DNA of 64,000 nt from an uncultured Enterobacteriaceae bacterium (lineage in GTDB: Bacteria > Desulfobacterota > Binatia > Bin18). The stretch spans positions 9,312 through 73,311 of the forward strand of contig CAYTVL010000006.1 in NCBI GenBank assembly GCA_964441775.1. Direction: 5' to 3'. The translations under genes and the position numbers were made by a program. Below, piece after piece: positions 58,855 to 64,000 of this stretch (the first letter of the stretch is position 1; the number at the start of each line of letters is the position of its first letter). The notes beneath the pieces are model-generated. The model saw nothing but the letters and a program-made list of their open reading frames with translations, searched no databases and was not told where the DNA came from.

Positions 58855-60336
58855 ATGACTGGGTTTGACCCTGTCGTGATTATGATAGTCGTGCTGACTG
58901 CCGCCATTGTGGTGCTCCTCATCCGGATGGTGACGCAATCCAACGCACAGAAACCCGGGGCGGTGCTCAAGGCTGGAGCGGCGGCTAACGGCCCGCCTTT
59001 TATTGGACAGAGCCTTTCGGATATGTCGGGCAAGCAGCCTTCAGGACCGCGCCTCAGTACGCCACGCGTTGACCAATCTCCGCCTCTGCTCCCAACGTTA
59101 GCGCCCGTTAACGAACGGAAAAGCGCGCCGCAGGAGCCCGCCATTCTTGACCTAGCCAAACGCGACACCGCATCTGAGCCGTCTCCGCAGCCAGAGCCGA
59201 GCTTGCTCGTAACGGACAGTGACGCCAAGGAAAAAGAACCGGAGCCCACGCTCACTGCTGGAATCGCCTATGGACGGCGAAAATCAGATCTCTTGAAAGA
59301 GGAGAACGTGCAGACCTTATTTTCTGATCTCAAAGGAGAACGTAAAGCTCGCTTTATCAGTTTCATCAACTTCAAAGGAGGAGTGGGCAAAAGCACGACC
59401 GCGGTGGAAACCGCCGCGAGTCTAGCAAAAAATTACGGGAAACGGGTGCTGCTTATTGACCTCGACCCGCAAACGAACGCGACGTTCTATCTCATGGATC
59501 ATGGCGAGTGGGAGAGTTGGCAAAAGACGAACGGTTCGCTCAAGACTCTTTTCGACGCGTACCTCGCCGGGCAGGGCGACAGTTTCGACGTGTCCCGAAT
59601 CATCAAAAAGGATCTGCTGTGCCACGGCGGAGCCTCGCTCGCGCCTGGATTTGAACTCCTGCCCTCACATCTGGCGTTGGTGCAGATCGATATCCAACTC
59701 GCAGCCAAAGCTACGGTTGGCGAGTCGGTGTTCAGCAGTCAGGCTATTATTCGTCAAGCCTTGCAACGCGTGCAGGACCAATACGATTACGTTATTTTTG
59801 ACTGTCCGCCGAACTTCAATTTGGTGACGCAGAACGGCTTATTCGCCAGTGACGGGTATGTCATTCCCGCGATTCCCGATTATCTCTCCACCCTCGGCAT
59901 CAATTTGATCCAAGGAGAAGTCAATCGCTTCTCTGATCGCATCCGCCATGCCTTGGCCATGTTTGGCGGCACCTTCACCGGGCCCAAGCTGGAGGGCATT
60001 ATTTTTACCCGGGTGCGGTTGCGCAGTCGCTCGCCGTTACGATTTATCGATTTACATGAGCGACGCATTCATGAAGTCGTGCGCACCAATCCCGATGTCG
60101 TGTTCAAAAATTTCATCAGTGAGGCTGTGCGATTCGCTGAAGCGCCGGAGCGACAATTACCCGTCAGTCTTTCGCCGCGGATTGAAGATCGCGACGCGCG
60201 GAATGAGTTTATCCGGCTTGCCGAAGAGTTTATCCAACGCGTAGATGGAAAGGAGCTGTCCGGTGACGTCAATGAGCACACATGGGCTGGCGCAGAGGTT
60301 GGAGACTATCAGCAAAGCTTTGCGCGAGCTTCCTGA
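58855..60336 (+). CDS. Membrane-anchored ParA/MinD-family ATPase (ParC/PpfA-like, chemosensory-cluster associated)
   Basis: RBS AGGAGG 7 nt before ATG 58855. A TM helix ('VVIMIVVLTAAIVVLLI') and a ~150-aa Pro/Ser/Glu-rich linker. Deviant Walker A 'FKGGVGKSTTA' and 'LIDLDPQTNAT'. Confidence 0.75.
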   Translation: MTGFDPVVIMIVVLTAAIVVLLIRMVTQSNAQKPGAVLKAGAAANGPPFIGQSLSDMSGKQPSGPRLSTPRVDQSPPLLPTLAPVNERKSAPQEPAILDLAKRDTASEPSPQPEPSLLVTDSDAKEKEPEPTLTAGIAYGRRKSDLLKEENVQTLFSDLKGERKARFISFINFKGGVGKSTTAVETAASLAKNYGKRVLLIDLDPQTNATFYLMDHGEWESWQKTNGSLKTLFDAYLAGQGDSFDVSRIIKKDLLCHGGASLAPGFELLPSHLALVQIDIQLAAKATVGESVFSSQAIIRQALQRVQDQYDYVIFDCPPNFNLVTQNGLFASDGYVIPAIPDYLSTLGINLIQGEVNRFSDRIRHALAMFGGTFTGPKLEGIIFTRVRLRSRSPLRFIDLHERRIHEVVRTNPDVVFKNFISEAVRFAEAPERQLPVSLSPRIEDRDARNEFIRLAEEFIQRVDGKELSGDVNEHTWAGAEVGDYQQSFARAS

Positions 60337-60691
60337 TCAGAGCCTTGTTTCTTTCCTTCGACAGCTCCGGGTCTTTTCCAAAGAGCCGTCGGCCAGGCAA
60401 CGAACGAAAACAGCGGCGATCCTCCTTCCGCCTTCGCGCGACCCACGCCTTATGGATCGTGAAGAGCTCCAGGAGTATCTGTCCAGCAGTACGTCTTTTC
60501 CTCGGAAAGCTAATTTATTAACTTTTGCTCGGCGTTACAAGGTGCCGGTCAATATTCGCACCCCGCGTGAAGAAATCATCCGCCTCTGTTTACGAATGAT
60601 TCATGATATTCCTCGCGGGCTCAATGTGTTGCGTTTTCTCGCGGAACAGCACGAACCTCTCGATCCTCCCTCTCGTTTGGTCTTGCACTAG
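60245..60691 (+). CDS. Small protein carrying the same novel helix-extension-helix-like domain as the hybrid kinase N-terminus
   Basis: About 65% identity over ~70 aa to residues ~30-105 of the 56816 kinase (…LLxFARRYxVPVNxRTxREEIIRLCLRMIHDIP…). Overlaps the ParA-like gene's 3' end by ~60-90 bp, suggesting translational coupling. Alternative start at ATG 60272. Confidence 0.6.
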   Translation: MERSCPVTSMSTHGLAQRLETISKALRELPDQSLVSFLRQLRVFSKEPSARQRTKTAAILLPPSRDPRLMDREELQEYLSSSTSFPRKANLLTFARRYKVPVNIRTPREEIIRLCLRMIHDIPRGLNVLRFLAEQHEPLDPPSRLVLH

Positions 60692-60873
60692 TCTTCACTT
60701 GCTCTCTCCCGCTGCAAGGAAACAGGTCTATTTACAGGAAAGGATTTTTTCCTGGGTGTTTGACTTTTCCCGTAAAAGGACTCTATATTTCCTTATTACA
60801 CATTCAGGGCAGCTTGGTGGCGCAATTGGCCATCAGCACAAGAGCCCGTTTGATGTTAGAAGGAGGGTAGAAT

Positions 60874-61977
60874 ATGGCCTATCGCATCATTTCCGCGGAT
60901 TCGCACTTTGTCGAACCGCCCACCATGTGGGGCGAGCGCATGGAGAAGCAATTCCGCGATCGGGCGCCACATACGGTAAAAAACCTGGACGGCAAGCCGG
61001 GAGAATTTTTCGTTTGTGAAAATATCACGCCCGTGCCAGTGGCGGGGTTCTTTGGCTCAGGCAAGAGTGCTGAAGAGCTGCCGGAACACACGAAGAAGGG
61101 ATTTGAGGTCGCACCCAAGAGCGTGTGGGATCCCGCGGAACGCCTGAAAGAACAGGATCGTGACGGAGTGGTCGCCGAAGCATTGTACACCTCAATGGGC
61201 ATGTTATTGTTCGGCCTCCAAGATACGGCGCTGCGGGCGTCCGCGTTCCGTGCGTTTAATGATTGGGCTGCAGAGTATTGCTCCGCCCATCCAAAACGTC
61301 TCATCGGGTTAGGAGCGATCACACTAGAAGATATTCCTGCTGGCGTGGCAGAACTCAAACGCATTGCTAAAAAGGGGATTCGTGGCGCCTTGATTTGGGG
61401 GGCGCCGCCGGAAGATCGTCCGTATAGCAGCCGGGAATACGATCCGTTTTGGGCGGCTGCACAGGAAATGAATTTTCCGCTTTCCTTGCATATCCTGACC
61501 TCACGGCGTGGACATGGCATTGATTTCAGCAAGATTCTCCACTCCTACATGAGCCTGCCGCACGAGATCCAAATCACGCTCGCGGATCTGGTGTACGGCG
61601 GCGTGCTGGAACGCTTCCCGGGGCTGAAAATTGTGTCAGCGGAGAACGACGTGTCCTGGCTCCCGCATTTCATGTATCGCCTCGATCATGGGTACGATCG
61701 CTTACGACATTTTGAAAATGTCAAGCTCTCGATGATGCCAAGCGAGTATGTGAAGCGGCAAGTGTGGGCGACATTCCAGTTTGAAGATGTGTGGATTGAC
61801 ACCCGTAAGCGGTACGATATGACCAAAGTGATGTGGTCTTCCGATTATCCGCATACCGATTCGCCGTGGCCGCGCTCGAAGGAATACATCGAAGAGCACT
61901 TCATTGGAGCGCCGGAAGAAGAAATTCAGAGAGTTGTTGCCGGCAATGCCGCTGCTCTGTACGGCATTAGTCTGTAA
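60874..61977 (+). CDS. Amidohydrolase-2 family (ACMSD-like metal-dependent hydrolase/decarboxylase)
   Basis: 'ISADSHFVEPP' N-terminal metal-binding His motif. Overall PF04909-like. 367 aa. Confidence 0.75.
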   Translation: MAYRIISADSHFVEPPTMWGERMEKQFRDRAPHTVKNLDGKPGEFFVCENITPVPVAGFFGSGKSAEELPEHTKKGFEVAPKSVWDPAERLKEQDRDGVVAEALYTSMGMLLFGLQDTALRASAFRAFNDWAAEYCSAHPKRLIGLGAITLEDIPAGVAELKRIAKKGIRGALIWGAPPEDRPYSSREYDPFWAAAQEMNFPLSLHILTSRRGHGIDFSKILHSYMSLPHEIQITLADLVYGGVLERFPGLKIVSAENDVSWLPHFMYRLDHGYDRLRHFENVKLSMMPSEYVKRQVWATFQFEDVWIDTRKRYDMTKVMWSSDYPHTDSPWPRSKEYIEEHFIGAPEEEIQRVVAGNAAALYGISL

Positions 61978-61991
61978 CAACTAGGTCTTTC

Positions 61992-62066
61992 AAGTGAGGG
62001 CTTGGGAAAAACGCCAAGTCCTTGTTTTTCAGGTCACGAAGTCTCGCTTGCCGTTGAGGAAGCGAG
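61992..62066. terminator. Two back-to-back hairpins between convergent amidohydrolase (+) and the ABC ATPase (-)
   Basis: GGGCTTGG-gaaaaacg-CCAAGTCC followed by TTGTTTTTC (plus strand). GTCTCGCTT-n10-AAGCGAGAC adjoins the minus-strand stop. Confidence 0.55.
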
Positions 62067-62069
62067 ACC

Positions 62070-63167
62070 TCATTCATCCGCAATGACATGCACCGCTGTC
62101 GCTTTGAAAGCGGCAGCAACGTGTTTCCCTTCCCGCAAATCCAGCAATTCGATAGAAGGTCGCGTCACAAACGCCGCCAACGGAAAGCCGCAATCGAGAT
62201 GAACCTTAAAGGCGGCTCCCCAAGGAACAATGCGCTGCACGATAGCAGGGAAATGATTGCGCGCGCTTGAAGAGACAGATTCGGCAGCGCTATCGAACAG
62301 TGTGACTTCTTCAAGCCGAAGGCAGAGAGTCACGGCAGTTCCCACGGCAAGCGAGGAGACTGTCAACACTAGCGCACTGGCGCCGACTCGCACCTCCGCC
62401 ACCCCTTTGGACTGTGTCACAATCTGCCCACGCAATATCGTTTCAATTCCGACAAAACTCGCGACGGTTTCGTTGATCGGCTGACTGAAGACTTCTTCGA
62501 GAGAACCAATCTGGAGGATAGCGCCCCGATCCATGACGGCGACACGATCACCAAGACGCAAGGCTTCGAGACGATCATGCGTCACCAGGAGGGTCGTGAC
62601 TCGCGTCTCTCTTTGCAGACGATGAAAGGTCTCAATCAGTGACTCACGCGTCACTGGATCAAGCGCAGCGAAGGGTTCATCAAGAAACAGCACGTCAGGC
62701 TCCAGCACGAACGCGCGCGCCAGGCTCGTGCGCTGCGCCTCGCCGCCCGAGAGGGTGCGCGCCTGACGTCGTGTCAAATGCGCGATCCCTAGGCGGTCCA
62801 GCCATAACGTAACGCGTTCACGAATGACAGCCTGAGCGACACCACGTAACTTGAGCCCGCTGGCAACGTTCTCATACACTGTCACGTCAAATAAAAGCGG
62901 CTCCTGAAACACAACTGCAAGACGACGCCGAAACGAGAGCCGTGGGTCATTCAGCAGAACGGTTTGCCCATCAAATTGGAACACTCCAGAAACTGGTTCA
63001 CGGAGACAAGCCAAAGTTTGCAGCAATGTACTTTTCCCCGCGCCATTGGGACCGATAATGGTCAACACTTCATGGCGGTTGATCGTAAGGTCCGAGATCG
63101 CAAGAAGCGTCTGTCCGTTGGCTTCGACGCGCAGATGTTGAACGCTGAGAAGAGGGGACAAGGTCAT
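62070..63167 (-). CDS. ABC transporter ATP-binding protein with C-terminal TOBE/Mop domain (molybdate/tungstate/sulfate type)
   Basis: Walker A 'GPNGAGKST', signature 'LSGGEAQR' and Walker B 'LFLDEPFAALD'. C-terminal TOBE-like ~70 aa. Confidence 0.8.
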   Translation of the reverse strand: MTLSPLLSVQHLRVEANGQTLLAISDLTINRHEVLTIIGPNGAGKSTLLQTLACLREPVSGVFQFDGQTVLLNDPRLSFRRRLAVVFQEPLLFDVTVYENVASGLKLRGVAQAVIRERVTLWLDRLGIAHLTRRQARTLSGGEAQRTSLARAFVLEPDVLFLDEPFAALDPVTRESLIETFHRLQRETRVTTLLVTHDRLEALRLGDRVAVMDRGAILQIGSLEEVFSQPINETVASFVGIETILRGQIVTQSKGVAEVRVGASALVLTVSSLAVGTAVTLCLRLEEVTLFDSAAESVSSSARNHFPAIVQRIVPWGAAFKVHLDCGFPLAAFVTRPSIELLDLREGKHVAAAFKATAVHVIADE

Positions 63168-63197
63168 GCGAGAGTCTTAGCGGATTCGAGACGGGTG

Positions 63198-63896
63198 TTA
63201 CAACGGTCGTTGCCGCTGCTGCGTGTATGTCAGTACCGCATTGACGAGAAAAATCAACAGCAAGAGAATCACACTCAGAGCAATAGCGATGTCGAAATTC
63301 CCACGGCTCGTCTCCATCACCGTAGCTGTGGTCAACACACGCGTGTGACCCAGCATGTTGCCGCCCACCATCATCGACGCGCCGATCTCAGAGATGACGC
63401 CGCCGAACCCCGCCATGATGGCCGCAAGCAAAGGCAACCGAGCCTCACGTAACAAGAGCCAAATGAGCTGCATCCGCGATGCACCCAACGCTAGAATCTG
63501 CAACCGTAATTTCGGATTGAGCTGCTGAATCGCGGCAAGAGTAAGCCCCGCCACAATAGGTCCGGCAATAACCACTTGCGCCAACACCATCGCTGTCGGT
63601 GTATAGAGCAAATGTAGAAATCCTAACGGCCCACTGCGCCAGAGGAGAATAGTGACGAAGAGCCCCACCACCACCGGCGGCAGGCTCATGCCGGTGTTCA
63701 CCAGACTAACTACGAATCGACGACCAGGAAACTCCTTGAGGGCCAGCAACACGCCAAAAGGAATCCCTAAGAGGAGGCTAATCAGCGTTGCAGAAAGGGA
63801 AATTTGTAAAGAAAGAAAAGTGATGCGCCACACTTCCGGGTCGCCGGAGAGGAGCAACCAGAGGGCTTGCTTTATGCCGGAGAGAAGAAGTTCCAT
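63198..63896 (-). CDS. ABC transporter permease (ModB/TupB-like)
   Basis: 6-TM permease with an EAA loop ('ALGASRMQLIWLLLREARLPLLAAI'). Upstream of the ATPase gene. Confidence 0.75.
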   Translation of the reverse strand: MELLLSGIKQALWLLLSGDPEVWRITFLSLQISLSATLISLLLGIPFGVLLALKEFPGRRFVVSLVNTGMSLPPVVVGLFVTILLWRSGPLGFLHLLYTPTAMVLAQVVIAGPIVAGLTLAAIQQLNPKLRLQILALGASRMQLIWLLLREARLPLLAAIMAGFGGVISEIGASMMVGGNMLGHTRVLTTATVMETSRGNFDIAIALSVILLLLIFLVNAVLTYTQQRQRPL

Positions 63897-64000
63897 AGTG
63901 AAGAGGCTTTTATAGTTATGTTCTTGCGTCCAGGAGAACCTCTCGGCAGAAGGAAAGAAAAGCGCGCACGGCTGCTGGAGGCTCTTCGGGCAGAAAACTC

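Noticed and set aside
1-64000. CRISPR arrays, tRNA/rRNA genes, integrases/transposases
   Set aside because: No short regularly spaced repeats, no cloverleaf-like tRNA candidates, no rRNA-like stretches and no recombinase-like ORFs were seen on either strand.

Overview
This is a 64-kb chromosomal window from a high-GC (roughly 60% by eye) Gram-negative bacterium, gene-dense on both strands. No rRNA, tRNA or CRISPR array is visible.

The left third (about 0.5-15 kb) is a complete Pho regulon module. The core operon pstS-pstC-pstA-pstB-phoU-phoB-phoR lies on the minus strand. It is flanked by an outer-membrane porin and two secreted phosphatase genes, both of which appear frameshifted. Pho-box-like 7-bp direct repeats at 11-bp spacing are directly readable upstream of pstS, the porin and the PLC-like phosphoesterase.

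The middle (about 15-37 kb) carries housekeeping and lipid-metabolism genes and two separate minor-pilin sets:
- a receiver protein, an ABM monooxygenase, CinA-C, a GST-like protein, a MATE exporter, a di-iron oxygenase, a CoA-transferase, a LysR regulator, a thiolase, an acyl-CoA dehydrogenase and a divergent fused EtfB-EtfA
- a gspH-I-J-K-like pseudopilin set on the minus strand
- a pilV-pilW-pilX-fimT-like set plus the prepilin peptidase pilD on the plus strand

A 3.5-kb gene for a zinc-ribbon / class-III nucleotide cyclase / AAA(STAND-like) / TPR protein is split in two. The break sits inside an ~87-bp G/C-homopolymer palindromic cassette, and a single-base change in a C8 run would restore one ~1,170-aa ORF.

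The right third (44.6-60.7 kb) is the most unusual part. It is a long Che-like sensory cluster with, in order:
- MCP, CheW, CheR-TPR, CheW, a HAMP-MCP
- a CheA-receiver hybrid carrying a perfect in-frame 525-bp tandem duplication that gives two identical Hpt domains
- CheB
- a pseudo-REC/REC protein
- a hybrid sensor kinase (HisKA-HATPase-REC-Hpt)
- a membrane-anchored ParA/MinD-like ATPase
- a small protein whose ~70-aa core is a diverged paralog of the N-terminal domain of the hybrid kinase. This shared domain is novel and helix-extension-helix-like.

This reads as a candidate undescribed localisation/adaptor module attached to an alternative-function chemosensory pathway.

The window ends with an amidohydrolase-2 protein and a molybdate/tungstate-type ABC transporter (ATPase with a TOBE domain, plus a permease).
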